A stretch of 46,909 bases of DNA, taken from IMG/VR virus record IMGVR_UViG_3300012940_000037, positions 1-46,909 of that record. One strand, given 5' to 3'. This document shows, piece by piece, positions 34,328 to 42,980 of the stretch. The DNA comes from a virus (Duplodnaviria > Caudoviricetes). How positions within the stretch are numbered: position 1 is the first letter of the stretch; each line of letters starts with the position of its first letter. The notes under the pieces were generated by a model. It saw only the letters and a list, made by a program, of their open reading frames with translations. It was not told the DNA's origin and did no database searches. Position numbers and translations under genes: made by a program.

Positions 34328-34799
34328 GCGCGTGGGGGTGACGGGATTCAAGTTCCGGTGCATTCGCCCCGAGTGTCTCGGGGCCGGCGAGGACGAAGAA
34401 CGGCACGAAGGTCACGGCAAGTATCAGACGTTCGAGAAGCAATCGCTGTTCAATGTGTCGGCCTTGGACAATGACCGCGGCTGGGTCGCCCTCACAGAGG
34501 GCGAGATAGACGCCATGACACTGGATGGCGAGTGCGACATTCCAGCCGTGGGTGTTGTCGGCGTGAAGGCGTGGAAGGCGCACTATGGGCGACTCCTCAA
34601 AGACTTTTCGCGGATATGGGTTTTTCAGGACCGCGACCCTTCAGGAGTCGGCGAGAAGTTCGGGGAGTTCGTGTGTGAGCAGTTCCCGCAGGCGGTCCCT
34701 GTCGAGCTGCCCGAAGTCGAGCCGGGGAGAAAGAGTGACGTGAATAGGGTGTTCCGCGCCAGAGGGCGCGACTATATCAAAGGCCTGATAGGGCTATGA
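34113..34799 (+). CDS. DNA primase TOPRIM subunit
   Basis: YL..RG, GRL.IP, KFR, KY, TEGE.DA, D.D..G, DVN; own GGAGGG RBS. Confidence 0.85.
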   Translation: MQKLSDEQLTSLEESSREYEMTLMESPEALSYLAGRGLSTACVDRFRLGVVPAEPAPEHRTVAGRLSIPTLKRVGVTGFKFRCIRPECLGAGEDEERHEGHGKYQTFEKQSLFNVSALDNDRGWVALTEGEIDAMTLDGECDIPAVGVVGVKAWKAHYGRLLKDFSRIWVFQDRDPSGVGEKFGEFVCEQFPQAVPVELPEVEPGRKSDVNRVFRARGRDYIKGLIGL

Positions 34800-34990
34800 A
34801 AAACGTGGTGATGCAAGATTCCGTTTGGCACGTCAGCGCCGAAGACGCAGCAGGCAATCAGTCCTTCAGCCGCTACTACAGTTCCCGCGAATGGGCGGCC
34901 CGGAAGGTTTTCCAACTCAAGCGGCACAAGCACGTGTCCAACGTCGGTTTCAAAGTTCTACGAGGAGAATGGGAAGACTGCGATGTCTGA
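34796..34990 (+). CDS. Hypothetical protein
   Basis: ATGA overlap. Confidence 0.55.
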   Translation: MKNVVMQDSVWHVSAEDAAGNQSFSRYYSSREWAARKVFQLKRHKHVSNVGFKVLRGEWEDCDV

Positions 34991-35228
34991 CAAGAGCATC
35001 TATCTCAATCAGGGCGGCGACTTCGGGTTCACTGTCAGCAAGGTGATCCTCCCCGATGGTTCCGAGCGGTTCTCGGTCGGGTTCAGGGGTTCCGTCATCA
35101 CGCACGAGCGCCCATGGGCTGAGGCGTCCGCCGCGGTTGAGAAGTTCCGCGACGAACTGGAAACCGCCTTCGAGGCGCTCGTGCAGATCAGCACCCTGAA
35201 GCCCATCGGCGTTCACGAGGAGAGCTAG
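34983..35228 (+). CDS. Hypothetical protein
   Basis: Coupled ORF. Confidence 0.6.
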   Translation: MSDKSIYLNQGGDFGFTVSKVILPDGSERFSVGFRGSVITHERPWAEASAAVEKFRDELETAFEALVQISTLKPIGVHEES

Positions 35229-35231
35229 CCC

Positions 35232-35462
35232 ATGGCGCTCGCCTGGGTGGCCTGCATCGCGTTCGGGCTGGTCGCCGGCATCCTCGCCGGCGGCTGGTCG
35301 GCGAACGCCTTCAGCAAGAGAACCCGCCAGATCAGGCGGGAGTCGCGCGATCTGTTCCTGTGGCTCGACAGCCTTCACAAACGCTGCATCGAGGCGCGCG
35401 ACGTCGAGCCGTTCGCCGGCTGGATGGCCGACGAGATCACCAAGCAACTCACGAAGGACTGA
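35232..35462 (+). CDS. Single-TM hypothetical protein
   Basis: GAGGAG RBS; hydrophobic N-terminus. Confidence 0.6.
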   Translation: MALAWVACIAFGLVAGILAGGWSANAFSKRTRQIRRESRDLFLWLDSLHKRCIEARDVEPFAGWMADEITKQLTKD

Positions 35463-35464
35463 AC

Positions 35465-36298
35465 ATGCGGAAGTGGGTCACGGGCGCTCTTGTCGCCCTC
35501 GGCATTGTCCTGACGACAGGATGTTCTATCACCACACCGGAGCCCGACCAGGTGGGCGTCGTCTACGACGCCGGGCCGCTGTCGGACACGTCCTTTCAGA
35601 ACTGCATCAAGCCTGGCAGTCGCGACATCAGTGGCCCGGCCGACCAGGCTTACGTGTACCCGGCTGGACAGCGAACCTACGAGTTCGCCGAGAAGCCCGG
35701 CGCCGAGGCGGCTCCCATCACGGTTGTGACGAAGGACAACCTAGAGATGCAGGTTGCCGGCGTCGCCACGTTCACCCTGTCCGCGGATTGCAAGGCTCTT
35801 CAGCAGTTCCACGAGCGTCTAGGGCTCAAGTTCAAGGCGTACGAGGACGCCGGCTGGAACCGTCTCCTGAGCATCTACGTGGGGCAGCCGCTCGATCGTG
35901 CTATGGACGCGGCCAGTAAGGAGTTCGATTGGAAGGCGCTCTTCAACGATCCCGCGGCTAAGCAGCGGTGGGAAGAGCGCGTCAAGGAGCTGATCCCCGG
36001 ATTCATTCAAGAGCAGGGCGGAGCCTCGTTCTTCACCGGTTTCAATGTGACTCTTCAGCAGCCGCTTCCGCCGCAGGGTGTTCGTGACGCGCTGGCCGCT
36101 GCGCAGCAGGCGGCCGAAGAGAACAACGCGCAGAAGGCGAAGAACGAGCGCGCTCGTACAGAACTGGAATCCATCAAGGAATTGGTGGAGGTTCTCGGGC
36201 CGGACGGTTATGTGAAGTTGAAGGCTGTGCAGTCTGGTCAGGCGACGATCGTCATTTCTGACGACGGCAAAATCAATGTGACTCCGAAGGGGCGTTAA
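35465..36298 (+). CDS. SPFH/Band-7 domain lipoprotein
   Basis: Lipobox TTGC; YP..QRTY.F, VVTKD..M.V, C-terminal coiled coil. Confidence 0.75.
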   Translation: MRKWVTGALVALGIVLTTGCSITTPEPDQVGVVYDAGPLSDTSFQNCIKPGSRDISGPADQAYVYPAGQRTYEFAEKPGAEAAPITVVTKDNLEMQVAGVATFTLSADCKALQQFHERLGLKFKAYEDAGWNRLLSIYVGQPLDRAMDAASKEFDWKALFNDPAAKQRWEERVKELIPGFIQEQGGASFFTGFNVTLQQPLPPQGVRDALAAAQQAAEENNAQKAKNERARTELESIKELVEVLGPDGYVKLKAVQSGQATIVISDDGKINVTPKGR

Positions 36299-36561
36299 TG
36301 GCTAAGGGTGCCCTCATCGACGCGCAGCTAGCGCGTGAACTTGCCGGGCTAAGTCCCGGCGATGAGTTGGCCGGCTGGGTAGTCATCAGTAACGACATGG
36401 TATGCGAGGGCGTATGGACGAGCAATCACAGGCTCGTCATCGCGGAGGAGAACAGCCGCACATTCGAATGCCTGTATGACCGTTCGCGGACGAACCCTCA
36501 AGAGCTGTGCCCGATGGATTGCACAGAGCAAGTCGCGTTCAAGGAGGTTTACGATGACTGA
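36298..36561 (+). CDS. Hypothetical protein
   Basis: TAATG coupling. Confidence 0.6.
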   Translation: MAKGALIDAQLARELAGLSPGDELAGWVVISNDMVCEGVWTSNHRLVIAEENSRTFECLYDRSRTNPQELCPMDCTEQVAFKEVYDD

Positions 36562-37207
36562 TGTCGAGTTTCGCGCGTGGCCCAAGACGCCACGCCTGTT
36601 CAAAGACGTGACGATTACCGAGAAGATCGACGGCACCAACGGCGCCATTCACGTCACCGAAGATGGTGATGTGGTCGCGCAGTCGCGGAAGCGACTCCTG
36701 TCTCTGGACGCTGACAATTTCGGGTTTGCCCGCTGGGTCTACGATCACAGTGACACCCTCCGAAATATCCTTGGTGTTGGGACGCACTTCGGCGAATGGT
36801 GGGGCCATGGAATCAACAGGGGATACGGCTGCGAGCAGGGAGAGCGATACTTCAGCCTGTTCAATGTCAACAAGTGGGGGCATTTGCGCTATTCTTCCCC
36901 GCTGGATTCCCTTTCCTGCGTGCCCGTACTGTGGACGGGGGAAATGGATACCGCGGCTGTGCTGGATGTAGCCGAGAAGCTTCAGATCAACGGTTCGCAG
37001 GCGAAGCCTGGCTTCATGCGCCCGGAGGGCGTGTGCCTCTTCCATAGCGCGTCGAACAGCATCTACAAGTATCCGTTCGATAAGGACGACAAGCCGGCGC
37101 CCATAGCTAAGGCCGATTACTGGGAAGTGGAGATGGCGCCCGATCCGCTGCCGAGGCCGAAGACCTTCAAGGACAAGGTCAAGGAAATGTTTTGGCTGAT
37201 GGCGTGA
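36554..37207 (+). CDS. RNA ligase (nucleotidyltransferase, Rnl2-like)
   Basis: Motif I TEKIDGTN, SR.R, DNFGFA.W, FGEWWG.GI, F.LFN, VPVL, EGV. Confidence 0.85.
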   Translation: MTDVEFRAWPKTPRLFKDVTITEKIDGTNGAIHVTEDGDVVAQSRKRLLSLDADNFGFARWVYDHSDTLRNILGVGTHFGEWWGHGINRGYGCEQGERYFSLFNVNKWGHLRYSSPLDSLSCVPVLWTGEMDTAAVLDVAEKLQINGSQAKPGFMRPEGVCLFHSASNSIYKYPFDKDDKPAPIAKADYWEVEMAPDPLPRPKTFKDKVKEMFWLMA

Positions 37208-37407
37208 GCTACGAATCACGCGAGGCGCTCGCCGGCAAGATCTCATGGGAGGGCGGCCTATGGGAGTGGGCGACCGGCTACGGGTTCAACCCTAGCGACA
37301 TGCCTGACGAGGAAACAACCGAGGCCGCGGTTCACTTCAGGGCACATCTTGATATCGCCGGCTTCTACGCTCCCCGATTTCTGCGACTGCTACCGGATGT
37401 GGAGTGA
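37204..37407 (+). CDS. Hypothetical protein
   Basis: GTGA overlap; KI.WEGG. Confidence 0.6.
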   Translation: MSYESREALAGKISWEGGLWEWATGYGFNPSDMPDEETTEAAVHFRAHLDIAGFYAPRFLRLLPDVE

Positions 37408-37420
37408 ATAAGCGTTGGCG

Positions 37421-37552
37421 ATGATGCTCGGGCGAGCGGCTTACTGGCGGTTCCCCTGCAAGTGCTGTTACCCGCTCGCCTGGCATCCCCTCTACAAGAG
37501 GACGCGTAAGCGTCGAGAAGAACGAGCGTGGCGTAAATATGACATGGAATAG
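37421..37552 (+). CDS. Small basic protein (MMLGRAAYWRFPCKCC..., 43 aa)
   Basis: Fills the gap; MLG..CC..KR.E.R.WR pattern. Confidence 0.45.
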   Translation: MMLGRAAYWRFPCKCCYPLAWHPLYKRTRKRREERAWRKYDME

Positions 37553-37561
37553 CAAACAGCC

Positions 37562-38581
37562 GTGATCATCGGCTCACTCTGCACAGGCTATGGCGGGCTA
37601 GAGATGGGGCTCCGCGTGGTGTTCCCCTTCGCCCGCCTGGCCTGGGTGGCAGACAACGACCGGGCCGCGTCGATCCTGTTGGCGGCGCGCTATCCAGGCG
37701 TGCCGAACCTGGGAGACATCACCGCGGTTGACTGGTCAACCGTCGAGCGGGTTGACCTCCTGGCGGCCGGCATCCCATGCCAGCCGCACAGCTACGCAGG
37801 GAAGGGGAAAGGGAGTGACGACGAAAGAGACCTTGTCGAGCACTTCATTCGAGCCGTTCGCGAGCTACGGCCGCGGTTCGTCCTCCTGGAGAACGTACCC
37901 GGCTTCAAACGATGGGGACTCCCCAGAGTTCTCGGGGCGCTGGCCGAGATGGGGTTTCATGCGCGATGGCATAGCGTACGAGCTTCCGAGGCCGGCGCAT
38001 CTCACCGAAGAGAACGCGTCTTCGTCCTCGCGTGTTCTCCCGACGCCCGTAGCGAGAGACTTCAAGGGGCGCGGGATGAAGGGGCAGCTCGGGACGACGT
38101 TGTTGCCTACGCCCAGAACGACGGACGCGAACGGGGCTGGCCTGCACGGCTCCGGCGGCCTGGACCTGCGGACGGTGGTGAAGTACCTCCCGACGCCGGT
38201 GGCTTCGATGAGCAGCGGGCAGCCGGACAACGGACACCAGTCGGGCAAGTCGCTGATAGCGATGGGGTCTCATGGGGCGTTTACGGTCCAGCCGTCAGAC
38301 GGCAAGAGCGCATCTTCGGGCGCCTAGCGCCCGAGCCTACCGAGATCGGCCCTAAGGGGAACGTGCGCCTGGCGGCGCGCTTCCCTGAATGGATGATGGG
38401 CGTTCCTGATGGTCATGTGACCGATTTCGGTTTCTCCCGCAAAGACACGTTCAGATTGATCGGTAATGGTGTTGTGCCGCTGCAAGCGGCTTTGGCAGTG
38501 AGGGGTTTGATCGATGAAGAAAGTAAAAGTAACTGTGATGCTGGCAGGTGGCCTGCCGATGGCGTTCCTTGCCTCGTTTGA
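37562..38581 (+). CDS. DNA cytosine-5 methyltransferase
   Basis: Motif I SLCTGYGG, IV PCQ, VI ENV, VIII RERVF, X GNGVVP. Confidence 0.9.
   Translation: MIIGSLCTGYGGLEMGLRVVFPFARLAWVADNDRAASILLAARYPGVPNLGDITAVDWSTVERVDLLAAGIPCQPHSYAGKGKGSDDERDLVEHFIRAVRELRPRFVLLENVPGFKRWGLPRVLGALAEMGFHARWHSVRASEAGASHRRERVFVLACSPDARSERLQGARDEGAARDDVVAYAQNDGRERGWPARLRRPGPADGGEVPPDAGGFDEQRAAGQRTPVGQVADSDGVSWGVYGPAVRRQERIFGRLAPEPTEIGPKGNVRLAARFPEWMMGVPDGHVTDFGFSRKDTFRLIGNGVVPLQAALAVRGLIDEESKSNCDAGRWPADGVPCLV
37728..38327 (+). CDS. Overprinted +1-frame ORF inside the methyltransferase, with LPTP repeats
   Basis: WPRWG.MR.G..YELP followed by three LPTP repeats. Confidence 0.5.
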   Translation: MTGQPSSGLTSWRPASHASRTATQGRGKGVTTKETLSSTSFEPFASYGRGSSSWRTYPASNDGDSPEFSGRWPRWGFMRDGIAYELPRPAHLTEENASSSSRVLPTPVARDFKGRGMKGQLGTTLLPTPRTTDANGAGLHGSGGLDLRTVVKYLPTPVASMSSGQPDNGHQSGKSLIAMGSHGAFTVQPSDGKSASSGA

Positions 38582-38753
38582 GCAGGTGGGATATTTCCGC
38601 GAGGCTGTGAGAAAGAAACTCCTTTACACCTTCGAGGATACGGCTATCGCCTGTGATCACGTGATGGCTTACTACGTTGAGGATGCTCCGAAGGATGCTC
38701 CGGAGGATGACGAGGAGACGAAGGAAGCCGGAGAGGACGATTGCAACACGTAG
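38514..38753 (+). CDS. Hypothetical protein
   Basis: GAGGGG RBS. Confidence 0.6.
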   Translation: MKKVKVTVMLAGGLPMAFLASFEQVGYFREAVRKKLLYTFEDTAIACDHVMAYYVEDAPKDAPEDDEETKEAGEDDCNT

Positions 38754-38789
38754 CCGTTTAAAGGCTGAGTAATCGGGCATTAACTGTGT

Positions 38790-39605
38790 GTGACTGAGAA
38801 GACCGTTCTGATTGTGTCGGATATACAAGCGCCGCTCCACGACGGGGCGGCGCTCGACAATGTCATAGCCTTCGCGCGTGACCTGAAGCCTGACCGCCTC
38901 GTGAACGTGGGCGACGATTGGGACGCCCACGAGATAAGTCAATGGAGCCGCGGAAAGGCCGGCGAGTACGCCGGCACATTGCAGGCTGGCCTTGATGCCG
39001 TCGCCTCCATCCATGCGCGCTTCCGCGAAGCGGTGGGCGACATCCTCTATGACGTGTCTCGCTCGAATCATGGGGATCGTCTGCGCAAGTACCTCGCGCA
39101 GTACGCGCCGGCCCTGTCGGGCCTGCGCAGCCTCGACATCGAAGAGCTTGCCGGCTACAAGGCGGCCGGCATCCTCTACCACTCAAAGCCTTTCGAGATC
39201 GCTCCCGGATGGGTGTGCGCCCATGGTGACGAGGGCAGCCTTAGCCAGATCGCCGGCCGTACAGCCTCGCTGCTGTCGGCTAAGTGGGGTGTGTCCGTCG
39301 TGTGCGGTCACACGCACCGCGCCGGCCTGGTCCCCACGTCGAGCGGCTTCGCCGGCAAGGTGACCTCTACCCGTTGGGGGTTCGAGGTCGGGCATCTCAT
39401 GGACGTGTCGCAGGCGAGCTATCTGAAGGGCGGTTCGTGCGACTGGCAGCAGGCGTTCGGCCTGCTACGTGTTCGCGGCGATCGTGTGCATCCGGAGTTG
39501 ATCCCGATCAACGATGACGGCTCGTTCTGCGTTGATGGCCAGTGGTACCCGCGGGCGGAGCCTGACTTCTCTGCCTTCTATGAGCTGATGGGAGTGACGG
39601 CATGA
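38790..39605 (+). CDS. Calcineurin-like metallophosphoesterase
   Basis: SD.Q.P.HD, VGD..D, SNH, HGD, GHTHR. Confidence 0.85.
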   Translation: MTEKTVLIVSDIQAPLHDGAALDNVIAFARDLKPDRLVNVGDDWDAHEISQWSRGKAGEYAGTLQAGLDAVASIHARFREAVGDILYDVSRSNHGDRLRKYLAQYAPALSGLRSLDIEELAGYKAAGILYHSKPFEIAPGWVCAHGDEGSLSQIAGRTASLLSAKWGVSVVCGHTHRAGLVPTSSGFAGKVTSTRWGFEVGHLMDVSQASYLKGGSCDWQQAFGLLRVRGDRVHPELIPINDDGSFCVDGQWYPRAEPDFSAFYELMGVTA

Positions 39606-39669
39606 ACGCCTATCGGACGTATCAGCGGTTGAGCCAGCTCAACCCTTGGAAAGATTGCGCCCCCACAGC

Positions 39670-40383
39670 ATGAACGACGAAGAGCTGTTGACCTACAGCC
39701 GGCAGATCGCCGGCATCCTCTGGCGTCGCTGGCCGACGCTCGACCCTGACGACATCGCCTCTGAGATCTGCCTCTACATCCTGTCCACGCCCAGCGTCCT
39801 GGCCGAATGGCACGACTACATGGAGGGCAGCTACGAGGACGAAGAGGCGGAGAAGTACGCCTCTCGGCGTATGAGGATGATCGCGCGCCGCGCGGGCGCC
39901 CGGTATTGCCGGCGAGAGATCGCCGCGCAGCTCGGATACAAGCCCGAAGACGAGGCCTTCTACAGCATTCGTCAGCTCGGGGAGCTGGTCGAGCACTACT
40001 ACAGCCAAGGAATCACCGAGCGTCCGCCCGTGGGGCGAGGGGAGAGTGTGACGCGCTCTGTCTCTGATCCCGCCGCGGGCGGCGGCTGGCTCGTGTCGCT
40101 CCTGGACGTGGATCGCGGCCTACGCGAGATGCCCCAGAAGTACCGGGCGCGGTTGAAATTCCGCTTCAAGGATCTAGGCCAGTACAGCAACAAAGAGATC
40201 GTGGCCATGGTCGGCAACCTCGCGGTCGCGCCAGGCAAGCGGAAGAGGATTGAGAAGCATCTCGGCGACACCGAGAAGTCGATCTCTACGCGCGTGCAGC
40301 GCGCTCTTCGCAGGCTGCAAGAGGTGTTGGGCGGGGCGAGCCCGTACGTCCCCGATGGAGAGCCGGCCACGGCCGCGGCATGA
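39670..40383 (+). CDS. Sigma-factor-like DNA-binding protein
   Basis: DD.A.E, YC.RE.A...GY..EDE.FY, L.DV.RGL..MP, C-terminal HTH (R..RAL.RL...LGG). Confidence 0.65.
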   Translation: MNDEELLTYSRQIAGILWRRWPTLDPDDIASEICLYILSTPSVLAEWHDYMEGSYEDEEAEKYASRRMRMIARRAGARYCRREIAAQLGYKPEDEAFYSIRQLGELVEHYYSQGITERPPVGRGESVTRSVSDPAAGGGWLVSLLDVDRGLREMPQKYRARLKFRFKDLGQYSNKEIVAMVGNLAVAPGKRKRIEKHLGDTEKSISTRVQRALRRLQEVLGGASPYVPDGEPATAAA

Positions 40384-40385
40384 CG

Positions 40386-40411
40386 AAGCCCCCCTCGCAT
40401 GAGGGGGGCTT
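40386..40411. terminator. Bidirectional terminator hairpin between convergent operons
   Basis: AAGCCCCCCTC-GCAT-GAGGGGGGCTT. Confidence 0.75.
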
Positions 40412-40421
40412 GCTTGTCGGG

Positions 40422-40730
40422 TCAGTCCACCAGGAAATCGGTCAGGCGATAGACGGGAATGCCAACGGCCAGGGCTGTTGCCATCTCGGCGCGGGCGCCT
40501 AGCGACATCTCCCATCCTGGCAGGAGGATCAACGCGTCTGCCTGTGTCGCTATCCATTGGAGGACGTTGCCGATCGCCGGCCGCAGGTCGTGAGGGTCAA
40601 AGCCTGGCTCTGGTTCTGCCGGGCATCTGACCTCGTGGCCTCGCTCTCGAAGAGTCTTCGCCGCTTCGAGGAATGCGGGGAAGTTCATCTCTGGCCGGCC
40701 TCTCATCGGGCCGGCGATGTAGAGCTTCAC
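40422..40730 (-). CDS. DUF4406 / nucleoside deoxyribosyltransferase-like protein
   Basis: LYIAGPM.G....NFPAF, GH.V..PA, LPGWE.S.GA.AE. Confidence 0.8.
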   Translation of the reverse strand: MKLYIAGPMRGRPEMNFPAFLEAAKTLRERGHEVRCPAEPEPGFDPHDLRPAIGNVLQWIATQADALILLPGWEMSLGARAEMATALAVGIPVYRLTDFLVD

Positions 40731-41125
40731 CCGTCCTCGCTTTCTCGGCGCCTGAACGCTTCGATGTAGCGCGCTTCGAGCGGGGTCCAAATGATCTCGT
40801 CGTTGCAGCCGGCTTCCGCCCACATCTTGAGTAGCTCGTCAGCCCCCAGGCTTGTGCCTCCGTAGTAGCACTCGCCATCGCCATAGAGAGGACACTGACT
40901 CATCGGCTCTTGCGCAACTCGCCGCGGCACTGGCGAGTGATAGCCGATGTCGACCCCTGTGAGGCGCACCCCGTCCACCATCACGCCGAGAGAGTAGCCC
41001 TCGATCATGTCGGCCGGCAGCGGGAGGGGCATCGCCACGAGCTGTACGGCGCCCTCTGGCCCGATGAGATACCAGCGCGGCCAGCCGCTTTCGCTGATCT
41101 CGTGGCGGCGCTCGAATTCTGTCAT
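40727..41125 (-). CDS. Hypothetical protein (D.GYHSP.P, C..CYY.GT.L.A)
   Basis: ATGA overlap. Confidence 0.7.
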   Translation of the reverse strand: MTEFERRHEISESGWPRWYLIGPEGAVQLVAMPLPLPADMIEGYSLGVMVDGVRLTGVDIGYHSPVPRRVAQEPMSQCPLYGDGECYYGGTSLGADELLKMWAEAGCNDEIIWTPLEARYIEAFRRRESEDG

Positions 41126-41331
41126 TTCCGCCACCCCCCAAAAACGAGGATGGCGTTCCTGACCAGGAGGGTTGTGCACCCCCACACGTACGCCAAGGCG
41201 AAGGTCGCCAGGCCAGTGGCCCACAGGGGCCACTTGAACCCCTGTGCGAGGGCGATGATGCAGCCCCATCCAACGATGGCGTATCCGCTGGTGATGATGT
41301 TGATTATTCTGATCTTGGTGCGGTCTGTCAC
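41122..41331 (-). CDS. Two-TM membrane protein
   Basis: Two hydrophobic segments. Confidence 0.6.
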   Translation of the reverse strand: MTDRTKIRIINIITSGYAIVGWGCIIALAQGFKWPLWATGLATFALAYVWGCTTLLVRNAILVFGGWRK

Positions 41332-41846
41332 AGGTAACCGCCGATCTCGGGTTCATGGGCTTCCGCCGCCGCGAGAAGACCACGCACGCCAGGAAACGCC
41401 GCCTCGAAGTCCTCCGCGAGCATTTCCGCGAGCCTGCCTAGATTGTGGCTGCAATCGCCAGCGTCCATGCAGCATTCAGCCACGCCGAAGGCGGAATTGC
41501 CGATCCGGATTCCCGACACGCTGGGTTCGAGCGACAGGTAGTGGTCGCACGCTCCGGCGGTTTGGGGCAAGGCTTCCCGCAACTTTCGGAGCGATGTCAC
41601 GACGACACTGTGCGCGTCCTCTATGCGGCCGGTCGGGTTAGTGGCGTGTATTTGGATTTCCTCCCTGTGAAGCCCTGCCACTACCACGGCGTGAAAATGG
41701 TGCTTGTGGTCGCGGTGAAGCTCCAGCGCGGCGCGCCCGGCTTCGACTGCCGCCCTGTATTCGGGGTCGACCGCCCTGCGCCACTTCTCACAACGTGGGC
41801 AGAGGCACCCGCACTCGTGGTCGCGGATGTCGGGCGACAGGTTCAC
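41328..41846 (-). CDS. Hypothetical protein with Cys clusters
   Basis: GGAGG RBS; GTGA overlap. Confidence 0.6.
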   Translation of the reverse strand: MNLSPDIRDHECGCLCPRCEKWRRAVDPEYRAAVEAGRAALELHRDHKHHFHAVVVAGLHREEIQIHATNPTGRIEDAHSVVVTSLRKLREALPQTAGACDHYLSLEPSVSGIRIGNSAFGVAECCMDAGDCSHNLGRLAEMLAEDFEAAFPGVRGLLAAAEAHEPEIGGYL

Positions 41847-41980
41847 GTCGCCTCCCGGGTCTCCCGCTCGACCAGCGTCCAGCGGCGCTCCCACTCCGTG
41901 CAGTGCGGGCACGTGCAGGTCTTGATGTGATTGCGAATGGCGGCCCATAGAGCCCGCCTCCCCATCTGTTTCGGGTCCAT
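41843..41980 (-). CDS. Small Cys-cluster protein (MDPKQMG...CTCPHC)
   Basis: AAGGA RBS and start-associated motif. Confidence 0.6.
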   Translation of the reverse strand: MDPKQMGRRALWAAIRNHIKTCTCPHCTEWERRWTLVERETREAT

Positions 41981-42021
41981 GCGTGAGCGGTCCTTTCCTC
42001 GCCCGCGGAGCGAACGCGGGC

Positions 42022-42642
42022 TTATTCCAGGTCGCGCCATTTCTGGCGCTGATAGAACTCCTCCCATTCGGCGAAGATCTTCGGTGTCAAAACCTCGTGC
42101 TGGCCGCGCCCTTGCGCGGTCAACCAGTTCCGGGCTTTGCGTACGCGTTCCGGCTTGTCATCTCGCGGTGTGGGCGCCCATGGCGCCCAATCGTCGGGGG
42201 TGGACACAGGGACAACCGTCAACGCCGGCCGGCTGAAACTCGAATCTGAGGCGTCGGAGGGCGCCTCCGGCACTTGGTTACCCTCCGGCTCTGAAAGTGG
42301 CTCAAATTCTTCCCCCTTCGGTGAAATGGGGGCATCCTGCGGCTCACTCTCGGGCTCGCTCGCGCTCTCCGTGGGTGGCGAGACAGGAACGTCAGGCACG
42401 GCCTTCAAGCGACGCTCCCTCTTCGGGAGCGTCGCCAGGACCTTGCTCTTGCTGGCTGGCCTGGCGGCCCGAACGAACGGAGCCATCGCCTCGCGGAACG
42501 CGGCAGCGTTCTCGTCGGACAGGTCAATGATGAGCGCCTGGCCATCGAAGGCGAAGGCCATCTCTTCCAGCTCTTCGGGGAGATGCGTCTCCCCCGTGAG
42601 GTCGTCAAAAAACGCCTCGCCTCTGTACTTTCTGCAACCCAT
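42022..42642 (-). CDS. lsr2: Lsr2-like protein with a divergent C-terminal domain
   Basis: DDL.G, F.FDG....IDLS.ENA..FREA.APFV..AR dimerisation domain. Confidence 0.8.
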   Translation of the reverse strand: MGCRKYRGEAFFDDLTGETHLPEELEEMAFAFDGQALIIDLSDENAAAFREAMAPFVRAARPASKSKVLATLPKRERRLKAVPDVPVSPPTESASEPESEPQDAPISPKGEEFEPLSEPEGNQVPEAPSDASDSSFSRPALTVVPVSTPDDWAPWAPTPRDDKPERVRKARNWLTAQGRGQHEVLTPKIFAEWEEFYQRQKWRDLE

Positions 42643-42699
42643 GAAATCAACCTTGCGTGAGCGATTCTGCGAAGCGATGCATAGACCAGAGCGAATGAT

Positions 42700-42909
42700 C
42701 TACTTGAAATCCTTCCGCGGAAGCCTCTCATCGAGACACCACAGACGGACCTTCGTCAAGGGGTATTCCATGCGAACGCGCCCTCTACGGACGCCTTCGC
42801 GCCCCTCGGGGAAGCCACTACGCTTGACCCATCGTCCCACAACTTTCTTGTCTACCCCCATCACTTTGGCTATCTCGGTTATGGTCATCCATTCCTGTTC
42901 CTCCTCCAT
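42700..42909 (-). CDS. HTH DNA-binding protein (AlpA/excisionase-like)
   Basis: MTITEIAKVMGV.K..V.RW....GFP. Confidence 0.7.
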   Translation of the reverse strand: MEEEQEWMTITEIAKVMGVDKKVVGRWVKRSGFPEGREGVRRGRVRMEYPLTKVRLWCLDERLPRKDFK

Positions 42910-42980
42910 GCTCCCTCTCCGATCAACAGCGATGAACGCTCACGGCCCGGAGGCCGCGAGCGAACAATGTCGTTGATCGG

